This document shows, one piece after another, positions 9,610 to 18,409 of a stretch of DNA of 64,000 nucleotides. Position 1 is the stretch's first letter. Every line of letters begins with the position of its first letter. The stretch covers positions 32,001-96,000 of the forward strand of contig CAZVGK010000001.1 in assembly GCA_964626665.1 (NCBI GenBank), given 5' to 3'. Source of the DNA: an uncultured Gemmatimonadota bacterium (GTDB lineage: Bacteria > SM23-81 > DAOVCL01). Below the pieces are notes generated by a model that saw nothing but the letters and a program-made list of their open reading frames with translations, was not told the DNA's origin and ran no database searches. The translations under genes and the position numbers were made by a program.

Positions 9610-10735
9610 TCCTTTTGATGAAGGAATGAGTGAAGAAAGAAGAGAACTGGAACTATACTTTGGCCCTCAGCATGTGGGTATGGTGGGGAACTTCAGCATC
9701 ACCCTTCAGGTGGAGGGGGACAAGATCGTGGAGGCAAAGGCCAATCCTGGTTTCCTCCATCGGGGTTTCGAAAAGCTGATGGAGTATAGGACCTGGATTC
9801 AGAACTTCCCTTTGGTCTGCCGGATCAATGTAATGGATCCAGATCCCGAGGAGTTGGTTTATGCTCTGGCCGTTGAGGAACTGGCCGGCATAGAGGTGCC
9901 GGAGAGGGCCAGGTACATAAGGACGATGGTTTTGGAGATGTCCAGGATAACATCCCACCTGGCCAGTATATGGGCTTACGCCAATATGTTGGGGTTTGAC
10001 ACCATTGGTCAATGGAGTGTGGGAGACAGGGATTATTTCCTTGATCTGTTTGAAGATCTTACTGGAGGAAGGATCTACCATATCTATATCACCCCTGGTG
10101 GGGTGCGCAGGGATTTGCCGGAAGGGTTTGAGGAGAAGGTGAAGGAAGTTATGGGAAATTTAGAAAGCCATCTGCCAGAATATGATAACCTCTTCTTTAA
10201 CAACAGGCTCTTTGTGGAGAGAACCGGGGGAGTGGCTAAGTTGAATAAAGATGAGGCCATTGCCCTGGGGGCAACAGGCCAGGTGCTACGGGCTACAGGG
10301 GTGGAGTGGGATATAAGGAAGGTCGAGCCCTATGCTGCCTACTCGGCTATGGATTTTGCTGTCCCGGTGGAGGAGGGCGGTGATTCTTATTCCCGAATGA
10401 TGTTGATCAGGAAGGAGATAGATCAAAGTCTGTCCATTATCAAACAGGCTTTAAGGAAAATGCCTGGAGGGCTTGCCTTCCAAAAGGTTCCCAACCCTTT
10501 CAAATGGAAGATTCCACCTGGGGAGGTTTGGGTGCGGGTGGAATCGGCAAGGGGGGAGAAGGGTCTCTATATGGTTAGTGATGGAGGGGATAAACCACAT
10601 AGTGTTCGTTTTCGGAGCCCCTCCTATCCCCACGGGATTCTCATTTTGGAAAAGCTTTTACAGGGAGTAAGCATAGCCGATACCGGTCATATTATGATGA
10701 GTCTGAATGTTGCTGCTCCGGAAATAGACAGATAG
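9560..10735 (+). CDS. nuoD: NuoD-like catalytic large subunit (MbxL/MbsL type, no NiFe ligands)
   Basis: FGPQH, PGFLHRGFEK and C-terminal PEIDR; a single Cys; exact start uncertain (9560/9566/9626). Confidence 0.92.
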   Translation: MEMTKETRLRKEKGAVSPFDEGMSEERRELELYFGPQHVGMVGNFSITLQVEGDKIVEAKANPGFLHRGFEKLMEYRTWIQNFPLVCRINVMDPDPEELVYALAVEELAGIEVPERARYIRTMVLEMSRITSHLASIWAYANMLGFDTIGQWSVGDRDYFLDLFEDLTGGRIYHIYITPGGVRRDLPEGFEEKVKEVMGNLESHLPEYDNLFFNNRLFVERTGGVAKLNKDEAIALGATGQVLRATGVEWDIRKVEPYAAYSAMDFAVPVEEGGDSYSRMMLIRKEIDQSLSIIKQALRKMPGGLAFQKVPNPFKWKIPPGEVWVRVESARGEKGLYMVSDGGDKPHSVRFRSPSYPHGILILEKLLQGVSIADTGHIMMSLNVAAPEIDR

Positions 10736-10760
10736 TAGAAGGCAACTTAGATATAAGCTC

Positions 10761-10848
10761 GCTAGCGAAACTGCGTAATGTAAAATGAAAAATGCATTTT
10801 CAATTGCTGGCTGCAAGACTTGACACAAATTTTTGCCTATGAAGCCAG
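10761..10848 (-). repeat. heptad-repeat intergenic element (copy B, short, inverted)
   Basis: Reverse complement matches both ends of 1463-1855. Confidence 0.65.
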
Positions 10849-10852
10849 ATAG

Positions 10853-11026
10853 CCTGAATTATTCATAAACTGATGATGAATTCATTATTCAAGTGCCTTC
10901 CTATCGCCCGTAGGGACAGACCTTCAGGTCTGTCCGCCTCTTTCGGACAGGTCTAAAGACCTGTCCCTACAAGAAGAAACCTACGGGGTTTGAAGATGAA
11001 CCAAAGTAATTCATGAATAGATCGGG
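10853..11026. mobile_element. 174-bp MITE-like element containing a REP doublet
   Basis: CCTGAATTATTCATAAA / TTCATGAATAGATCGGG imperfect TIRs (13/17), with ATAG on both flanks; a solo related end lies at 18341-18358. Confidence 0.6.
10910..10970. repeat. GTAG-type REP doublet (REPIN-like)
   Basis: GTAGGGACAGACCTTCAGGTCTGTCCG plus an inverted copy ending CCCTAC; also at 36457-36516 and singly at 49134-49160. Confidence 0.85.
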
Positions 11027-11059
11027 ATAGAATCTATCCCCTTTGATTAAAATAGGAGG

Positions 11060-12925
11060 ATGAAGGGAATGGCTAAGAAAGGAAGTATTTTCACCCCTTT
11101 GACCGCGTTGAAGTTCCTCTTTAAAAAGCCTCATACCTTGCGGTATCCCTTCGAACAGAAGGAGATCTCCCCCCGTTATCGGGGGTTCCATATAAACGAT
11201 TGGGAAAAGTGCACTGGATGTGGTAACTGTGCTGATATCTGCCCTAATGAGGCTATCACTATGAAGGAGATGCCTGAGATCAAGCCAAAACCGGGCGAGA
11301 AGAACGAGCGTCCGGAGATCGACTACGGCAGATGTTGCTTTTGTGGCCTGTGTGTAGATATCTGCCCTCCTGGTTCCCTTAGCCTGAGCAGGGATTACCT
11401 CCATATCGTCCCCAAATCCGATATGTTCATCTCCTTGGCTGATAGCGAGAAATCAGGGAACAAATCCTTTGTAAAAAAGGAGGAATACTCTTTAATGAAG
11501 GCCAGCTTGGCCCATCGGTTGGCCGGAAATGAGGGATTTGCCTCGGACAAGGACTACTCCTATGTGGAGTTTGAGCGGGTGCCTATGCCCATAGTTGAGC
11601 CGGAGAAGCGGAAGGGCTCCTTTATCGAGCTGGTCCTCGGCTACGAGGAGGAAGAGGCAAGAAAGGAGGCCGCCCGCTGTCTGGAGTGCAAGCTCTGCGA
11701 AGAGGCCTGCCCTGCTCACCTAAAGATCTCCGATTATGTAAAGGAGATAGCTGAGGGCAGATATGAGAATGCCCTAAGGAAGATCTTTGAGGATAACCCC
11801 ATTCCCTTGATCTGTGGCAAGATATGTATGGCCCACTGTGAAGATGTCTGCTCAATCAGCTATCGGGGGGAGCCAATAGCTATCAGGTGGTTGAAGAGGT
11901 TTGCCGCAGATCAGGTGGTGGATTACAGGGAGGCGCTGTGGCCGGAGATCCCCCCGGATACCGGCAAGAAGGTAGCCATCATCGGGGCGGGTCCCAGTGG
12001 TTTGTCCCTTGCTTACTTCCTGAGATTAAGGGGGCATAGCATTACTGTATATGATGCCTTGCCCGCTGGGGGAGGGATGTTGCGGGGGGGGCCCCCACTC
12101 TACCGGCTTCCCTTGAAGAGCATAGACAAGGATGTCAATTATATTGCCTCTCTGGGTGTAGATTTTGAGTTTAACACAGAGGTGGGTAAAAACATAGATT
12201 TTAAGGAAATCCTTCGTAACTACGATGCAGTTTATCTGAGCATTGGGATGTGTAGGGGGAGGTATATCAAACTGGAGCACGAGGAGCTCATTCCGCAGGC
12301 AGTAGATTTCCTGCAGAGGGTGAAGTTCGGTAAGGAGGTGCAGGTAGGCAAGGATGTGATTATCATCGGGGGAGGGAATGTGGCAATGGATGTGGCCCGC
12401 ACCTGCTTGAGGCTGCAGCAAATACAATATCCTGGGCAAAAAACCTCGGTTAATATCGCCTGTCTGGAATCCTGGGACATTATACCGGCTACCGAGGAGG
12501 AGTGGAAAGAGGCCAAGGAGGAAGGTGTGCAGTTTAATGTCTCCTGGGGGCCCAAAAAGGTCTTGTTGGATGGTGGTAAAATAAAGGGGTTGGAGTTTAA
12601 AGCCGTAAAGTCCGTGTTTGATGAACAGGGCAGATTCGCCCCCACATTTTACGAGGAAAAGCTAATGACCCTGGAAGGGGATATGATCATCGAGGCTGTG
12701 GGCCAGATGTCAGACTTTTCATTTCTGCCAGAAGAGCTGATGAGTAAATTAGAATTTACCCCCCGCAGGAAGGTGAAGGTCGACGAAAATGGTCAGACCT
12801 CTATCCCCGGGATCTTTGCCGGCGGTGATATAGTCAACCTAAATCTGGATGCGGTAACTGCCATTGCCGATGCCAAAGTCGCCACGGAGGGCATAGACAA
12901 ATATCTGAAAGGGAAGATGAAATGA
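11060..12925 (+). CDS. MbxN/NuoI-like 2x[4Fe-4S] domain fused to GltD/SudA-like FAD/NAD(P)H oxidoreductase
   Basis: CTGCGNCADICP, CCFCGLCVDICP, RCLECKLCEEACP, GAGPSG, GGGNVAMD and FAGGD motifs. Confidence 0.9.
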   Translation: MKGMAKKGSIFTPLTALKFLFKKPHTLRYPFEQKEISPRYRGFHINDWEKCTGCGNCADICPNEAITMKEMPEIKPKPGEKNERPEIDYGRCCFCGLCVDICPPGSLSLSRDYLHIVPKSDMFISLADSEKSGNKSFVKKEEYSLMKASLAHRLAGNEGFASDKDYSYVEFERVPMPIVEPEKRKGSFIELVLGYEEEEARKEAARCLECKLCEEACPAHLKISDYVKEIAEGRYENALRKIFEDNPIPLICGKICMAHCEDVCSISYRGEPIAIRWLKRFAADQVVDYREALWPEIPPDTGKKVAIIGAGPSGLSLAYFLRLRGHSITVYDALPAGGGMLRGGPPLYRLPLKSIDKDVNYIASLGVDFEFNTEVGKNIDFKEILRNYDAVYLSIGMCRGRYIKLEHEELIPQAVDFLQRVKFGKEVQVGKDVIIIGGGNVAMDVARTCLRLQQIQYPGQKTSVNIACLESWDIIPATEEEWKEAKEEGVQFNVSWGPKKVLLDGGKIKGLEFKAVKSVFDEQGRFAPTFYEEKLMTLEGDMIIEAVGQMSDFSFLPEELMSKLEFTPRRKVKVDENGQTSIPGIFAGGDIVNLNLDAVTAIADAKVATEGIDKYLKGKMK

Positions 12926-12932
12926 CCGCAAA

Positions 12933-13850
12933 ATGAAGGATATTCACATAAAAAAGTGCAGACCATATGACACTAGCTGCCACTTAGAGGTGATTCAAAG
13001 CTGGCACGATGAATTCGAGTCCAGTATTGAATCACTCATCTCCTACCTTCAAATCCTCAATAAGAGCTCAAAGCAAGCTCGGGTTGAATGCGGCAAACAC
13101 TACTCTAAGATCGTCGAACTTACCCAAGCCAAGACAAGGTTTACTTTTGAGGTTTCTCACGAACTTAAGTCTCCATTAGCTGCTGTGTATAACATCCTTA
13201 ATACCATCATTGGAGGCTATCTCAAGGATGACACCGGGAAACAGATTGAACTTTTAATTCGCGCCCGCACCCGGGTCAGAGAGGTTATTGCCCTTCTCAA
13301 CGATCTCTTAATTCTATCCCGTCTTGAGGAAGGGACGGGGAGGTTAAGGAAGGGACTGATTTCTATAAATGAAGTTCTCCTTTCCGTATGTAAGGAGATG
13401 GAGGGGTATGCCGAGGAGAAGGGGGTTCAATTCTCGTATAGGTTTGCAGACGATTTGCCCTCTGTCTTTGGTAATCCCGAGCTTATCCGTAGGGTCTTTG
13501 CGAACATCATAGATAACGCCATTAAATATACCGACTCAGGGGGAAGTGTAAAGGCAAAAGCCGTAAGAGAGGGCAGCTTTCTACTGTTCCAGGTGAGGGA
13601 TACCGGTATTGGCATCAGGGAGGAGGAGCTTCCCAAGGTTTTCGATGTTTTTTTCCGCGGCAGTGAGGCAAAGCAAAAGGGCAAGAGGGAGGGAATGGGA
13701 CTGGGGCTCTCCCTGGTGAAACAGATTATAGATGACCATAAGGGGACAATCTCCATAAATAGCAAGTTTGGCCAAGGAACCACCGTAGTGCTCCGGTTTC
13801 CTGAAGCCCAGAAAGGAGGGGATAGTGGCGAAACGGATCCTCATAGTTGA
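12933..13850 (+). CDS. cytoplasmic histidine kinase (HisKA + HATPase, no recognisable sensor domain)
   Basis: SHELKSPL, NIIDNAIKY, DTGIGI and GMGLGLS boxes. Confidence 0.92.
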   Translation: MKDIHIKKCRPYDTSCHLEVIQSWHDEFESSIESLISYLQILNKSSKQARVECGKHYSKIVELTQAKTRFTFEVSHELKSPLAAVYNILNTIIGGYLKDDTGKQIELLIRARTRVREVIALLNDLLILSRLEEGTGRLRKGLISINEVLLSVCKEMEGYAEEKGVQFSYRFADDLPSVFGNPELIRRVFANIIDNAIKYTDSGGSVKAKAVREGSFLLFQVRDTGIGIREEELPKVFDVFFRGSEAKQKGKREGMGLGLSLVKQIIDDHKGTISINSKFGQGTTVVLRFPEAQKGGDSGETDPHS

Positions 13851-14211
13851 TGATGACCCAGATTTTGTAGAGTCCACTAAGATCATTTTAGAGGCAAGCG
13901 GTTATGCAGTCCGCACAGCCAGCAATGGGAAAGATGCACTTGCCTTGTTACAGGAAAGGAAATCAGATCTTATTTTACTTGATGTTATGATGGATACAAA
14001 AGGAGAAGGTGTCTGGTTCAGTCAGAAGCTGAGAAAGGATAAAAATCTTCAGGATATTCCAATTCTGATGATTACTGCGGTAGATCAGGAAAGCAATATG
14101 CATTTTAATCTGGAAACAGATGAAGAGTATCTCCCAGTGGATGGATTTATTGAGAAACCAGTGGAGCCAGAGGATCTACTGAAGGAAATAGCCAAGCTTA
14201 TTGAAGGGTAG
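13825..14211 (+). CDS. single-domain response regulator
   Basis: IVDDD, LLDVMM and EKPV. Confidence 0.93.
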   Translation: MAKRILIVDDDPDFVESTKIILEASGYAVRTASNGKDALALLQERKSDLILLDVMMDTKGEGVWFSQKLRKDKNLQDIPILMITAVDQESNMHFNLETDEEYLPVDGFIEKPVEPEDLLKEIAKLIEG

Positions 14212-14543
14212 TATCAGAGGTAAAGCAAGCACGTACTCCATATCTCTCAGGTTTTCTTTCTCCACCAGGTGGTAGCAACTGTCTTTGCAGCATCCCTTCC
14301 CACATCTCCATAAACCCTTCCCGTGAGGGCTGTCTGGTGACGGGGTTTTCCATGCTATTTACGATCGAACACTATTTTCAGCCCCTTTCGCCATCCTTTA
14401 CCCCACCGCACCTCAAAGGATTTCCCCCAGTCTACCTGGATAATATAGGAATTCCCAATAGCAGGTGAGGACAGATTTCGGTCTGTCCCTGCAGGGTGTT
14501 ATTACTCAGGTCACACTATAGTTTGCACATTGGTATTTCATTG

Positions 14544-14645
14544 GTCATTGCGAGGCTTGTCCCGAGCGCCAGCGAGGGAACTCAACGAAGCAATCCCACT
14601 GGTTTTTTGAGCGGTTAGGGATTGCTTCGCTTCGCTCGCAATGAC
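14544..14645. repeat. inverted pair of GTCATTGCGAG REP-like elements
   Basis: GTCATTGCGAG...GAAGCAATCCC and GGGATTGCTTC...CTCGCAATGAC. Confidence 0.8.
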
Positions 14646-14793
14646 TTTGTTCATTGTAGAGTTATTAGTGGGTGGGAAAAGTGCTCCGGAGCCAATCCCT
14701 TGGCCATTTCACCCAGTTTCCCACATGAGCCAAAGACAGTTTCGATTTTGGCTTAAAGATTTAATGAGACAACCCCTCGATTTCAAAATTGGT

Positions 14794-14822
14794 TTGACAC
14801 ATTGGAGTCCACCGTATATATT
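14794..14822 (+). promoter_or_regulatory. sigma70-like promoter
   Basis: TTGACA-17 nt-TATATT. Confidence 0.6.
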
Positions 14823-14962
14823 TCAATTGCCAGTGTTTCCGGGATGGGAAAGCGATAGTCAACCAGTGATTCGTCAGTGGAGTGTTTTAGGGGGAGGGGT
14901 AGATGTTTCTACAACACTTAACTTGTCTTAGGCCGTGCTTGTTTAGAGAAATGGGTAGGTGA

Positions 14963-16945
14963 ATGCGACACGCTACATTAAGAACAAAGTTAACATTTAG
15001 CTTTTCCCTGGTTATTGTGGTAGGCGTTTTCTTGTCAGTAATTATAGGTATACGGTTGATTGGTAACACAATTATAAGGCAAGCGCAGGATAAAGTGAGG
15101 CTCGATCTCAACTCTGCGCGAGAAGTGTATCACCAGGAAAGCCAATGCATTAGAAACACAGTCCGTTTAATTGCAATGAGATTTTTTGTGAGAGAGGCTA
15201 TATTAACGGGTAACAGGAAAAAGTTGAGAACTGAGTTACAGGCGCTCAGGAAAAGGGAATCCTTAGATATACTTACTTTAGTTGATAAGAAGGGATGTGT
15301 TCTTCTCAGGGCAGGTAATCCAACGATCTATGGTGACCAACTGAATGATGAGATAGTTAATTGGATAATGGCAAAGAAACAGGCCGTAGTATCAACGCAA
15401 ATCGTCTCTAAGGAAAAGCTACAAAGGGAAGGTGAAAGCCTCGTTCAGCAAGCCAGGTTGGAATTGATCCCCACTCCCAGGGCCCGGCCAAGGACAGAGT
15501 TGGTGGAGACTTCGGGTATGATGATTAGAGCGGTAGCACCTGTTTTTGACTATAATGGTAACCTGATTGGAATATTGTATGGGGGGAAACTACTTAATCG
15601 AAACTATGAGATCGTTGATAAAGTTAAGGGCATAGTTTATAAAGGGGAAAAATATAAGGGAAAGGACATTGGGACTGTTACCATTTTCCAAGGAGATCTT
15701 CGTATATCCACAAATGTGAGAAGGATTGATGGTTTAAGAGCCATTGGAACTCGGGTCTCTCAAGAGGTATACGATCAAGTAATCGGAAAGGGGATCCCAT
15801 GGATTGGCAGGGCATTTGTGGTAAATAACTGGTATATAACTGCATATGAACCTATAAAAAACTTAGGGGGGGACATTATTGGTATGCTTTATGTGGGAAT
15901 GCTTGAGGCACCATACATCGATTTAAGGAATAGAGTCATATTCACCTTCTTAGGGATCGCATTCCTGAGCGTCATCCTTCTGTCAATAATAGCGTATCTT
16001 ACTACAACGAATATCGTCAAACCACTAAGAGAGTTGCTATATGCCACTAAGAAAGTCGCCAAGGGCGATTTAGCTCATCGGGTACCAATAAAGTCCCAGG
16101 ACGAAATAGGGCAGTTGACAGATTCTTTTAATCATATGACTATGGAGCTGCAGAAGGCTACCGAGAACTATCTGATGTTAAATAGGACATTGGAGGATAA
16201 AGTGAAGGAAAAGAGCAGGGAATGCAAGGAGGCCCAAGACCAGCTCATTCAGTCGGAGAAGTTGACCTCACTGGGTAAATTGGCTGCTGGGATAGCCCAC
16301 GAGATAAATAATCCTCTGACATCAATACTGATTAACAGTCATCTGATAGCAGAAAAATTGAAGGACGATGATCGCTTTCAGGAGAACCTGAATCTAATGA
16401 TAGATGAAACAACTCGGTGCAGCGAGATCGTTAAGGGGCTTTTGGAATTTTCCCGGCAGACTCTCCCCGAGAAGAACCCTGCAGATGTTAATGAGGTGAT
16501 TGCAAAAACTCTGTTGCTTTTGAGAAGCCAGCTCCTCGTCCATAATGTGAAAGTCGCTAAAGACCTGGTCGGCGACTTACCAAAGTTAATGATAGACATT
16601 AACAAAATCGAGCAGGTTTTTACAAACATTGTGTTGAATGCCATCGAGGCTATGCCAGATGGAGGGATGCTATCCGTTAGTTCTCAGATCTCAGCAGATA
16701 GCCGATTTGTGGAAATTGAATTTCGAGATGAAGGCGGTGGTATTCCTAAAGAGAATATTAGGCGGATTTTTGACCCATTCTTCACCACAAAAGGGATAAA
16801 AGGTACTGGATTGGGACTTTCCGTTAGCTATGGGATCGTGCAACAGCATAGGGGGACTATAGATGTGCGCAGTGAGTTAGGAGAGGGGACATCCATAACC
16901 ATACATCTACCCATAAATGAGGCAAAAAAACCTAAGTCAAAGTAG
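14963..16945 (+). CDS. membrane sensor histidine kinase (Cache-HAMP-HisKA-HATPase)
   Basis: Two TMs; RISTNV...RAIGT...YITAYEPI Cache motifs; DEIGQL; AHEINNPL; GTGLGLS. Confidence 0.93.
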   Translation: MRHATLRTKLTFSFSLVIVVGVFLSVIIGIRLIGNTIIRQAQDKVRLDLNSAREVYHQESQCIRNTVRLIAMRFFVREAILTGNRKKLRTELQALRKRESLDILTLVDKKGCVLLRAGNPTIYGDQLNDEIVNWIMAKKQAVVSTQIVSKEKLQREGESLVQQARLELIPTPRARPRTELVETSGMMIRAVAPVFDYNGNLIGILYGGKLLNRNYEIVDKVKGIVYKGEKYKGKDIGTVTIFQGDLRISTNVRRIDGLRAIGTRVSQEVYDQVIGKGIPWIGRAFVVNNWYITAYEPIKNLGGDIIGMLYVGMLEAPYIDLRNRVIFTFLGIAFLSVILLSIIAYLTTTNIVKPLRELLYATKKVAKGDLAHRVPIKSQDEIGQLTDSFNHMTMELQKATENYLMLNRTLEDKVKEKSRECKEAQDQLIQSEKLTSLGKLAAGIAHEINNPLTSILINSHLIAEKLKDDDRFQENLNLMIDETTRCSEIVKGLLEFSRQTLPEKNPADVNEVIAKTLLLLRSQLLVHNVKVAKDLVGDLPKLMIDINKIEQVFTNIVLNAIEAMPDGGMLSVSSQISADSRFVEIEFRDEGGGIPKENIRRIFDPFFTTKGIKGTGLGLSVSYGIVQQHRGTIDVRSELGEGTSITIHLPINEAKKPKSK

Positions 16946-16985
16946 TAAGCGAAATGTTATGGGTAGAAAAGAAAGGAGGACATAG

Positions 16986-18281
16986 ATGACCTGGATTGAT
17001 GATTACAAGGGGAAAATCTCATCTCTTGAGGAGGCAGCATCTGTTGTAAAAAGTAAAGACAGAGTTTATACAAGCGGTAATGCAGCGACCCCTCTTACCT
17101 TACTGGAAGCATTAGCGAATCGGAAGGATGAACTTCAGGATGTTGAGATTACACATGTGCTGTTACTCGGCAATGACCCGCTTTCCAAACCGGGAATGGA
17201 AGGCCATTTCAGACACAATTCGCTTTTTGTGGGACCCGCCGACAGAGAAGCCATAAACGAGGGACGTGCCGATTATATCCCCATATTCTTGTATGAAATA
17301 CCAGACCTGTTTTACTCCGGGCTGCTTAACCTTGATGTGGCGTTTGTGCATTTGTCACCTTCTGATAGCAAAGGCTTTATGAGCTTTGGCGTTGAATGTC
17401 TGGCTTCAAAAGCCGCGGCCGAATCGGCAAAAATTGTTGTGGCTGAGGTAAATGATAAAATGCCAAGAACATTGGGCGATTGTTTCATCCATATTTCTCA
17501 GGTAGACAAAATTGTGGAAGTCTCCGTAGACTTACCCGAGCTTTTGCCAAAAGAGTTTACAGAGGTGGAAGAAAAAATCGGCAGCTATATTGCAGGTTTG
17601 GTTGAAGATGGCTCTACGATTCAACTGGGAATAGGAGGAATACCAAATGCTGCACTTCAGGCTATGACAGGTAAGAGAGATCTGGGGATACATACGGAGA
17701 TGGTTTCAGATGGGATAATAGAGGCAATGGAGAGTGGCCTGATAACAGGAGCCAAGAAGACCTTACATTCCCACAAGGTTGTTGCCACATTCCTTTTTGG
17801 TTCAAAAAAGGTCTACGAATATGCACACGATAATCCGGCATTTGAAATCCACCCCGTGAATTATACAAACGATCCTTTCATTGTCGCTCAAAATGAGAAG
17901 ATGGTAGCCATAAATTCGGCGATAGAGGTTGATTTGACCGGCCAAGTATGTTCGGATTCAATCGGAACCAGAATTTATTCCGGTTTTGGCGGTCAGGTTG
18001 ATTTTATCCGAGGTGCTGCTCGATCGAAGGGTGGTAAACCCATTATTGCGTTGCCCTCAACAGCGAAAAGGGGCGAAACCTCAAGAATAGTTCCCTATCT
18101 TAAACACGGAGCGGGAGTTGTGGATACAAGAGCAGATGTTCATTATATCGTGACGGAATATGGGGTCGCACACCTGCATGGTAAAAACCTGAGGGAACGT
18201 GCTCTGGCGTTGATTAGGATTGCCTGCCCAGAGTTTAGGGAGGAACTGGAAAAAGAGGCAATTAAGAGGAAATTGTTGTAG
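16986..18281 (+). CDS. acetyl-CoA hydrolase / 4-hydroxybutyrate CoA-transferase family
   Basis: QLGIGGIP, HTEM, SGFGGQVDF and VTEYG motifs. Confidence 0.92.
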   Translation: MTWIDDYKGKISSLEEAASVVKSKDRVYTSGNAATPLTLLEALANRKDELQDVEITHVLLLGNDPLSKPGMEGHFRHNSLFVGPADREAINEGRADYIPIFLYEIPDLFYSGLLNLDVAFVHLSPSDSKGFMSFGVECLASKAAAESAKIVVAEVNDKMPRTLGDCFIHISQVDKIVEVSVDLPELLPKEFTEVEEKIGSYIAGLVEDGSTIQLGIGGIPNAALQAMTGKRDLGIHTEMVSDGIIEAMESGLITGAKKTLHSHKVVATFLFGSKKVYEYAHDNPAFEIHPVNYTNDPFIVAQNEKMVAINSAIEVDLTGQVCSDSIGTRIYSGFGGQVDFIRGAARSKGGKPIIALPSTAKRGETSRIVPYLKHGAGVVDTRADVHYIVTEYGVAHLHGKNLRERALALIRIACPEFREELEKEAIKRKLL

Positions 18282-18409
18282 GGACTCCGCCTTAGTGGAG
18301 TCCGAGGAGAGCGGAGGGGTATAAGCGTCTCTCCTGATCAGTTTATGAATAATCCAGGTTTGAAATGTAGTGTGGTCAACCACAAAAATCACAGTTTAAG
18401 GAGGGGAAA

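Noticed and set aside
685-10735. Group 4 [NiFe] hydrogenase (Mbh/Ech) or canonical complex I
   Set aside because: The large subunit lacks both CxxC Ni-binding motifs and the NuoD RLDY Tyr; there is no nuoA/J/K/E/F/G; the order matches Mbx.
10967-11404. This and the many other short antisense or alternate-frame ORFs in the track
   Set aside because: They are shadows of well-supported genes, with no motifs or start signals.
14641-14931. 96-aa ORF
   Set aside because: It starts inside a REP-like element, spans a promoter and has no recognisable motif.
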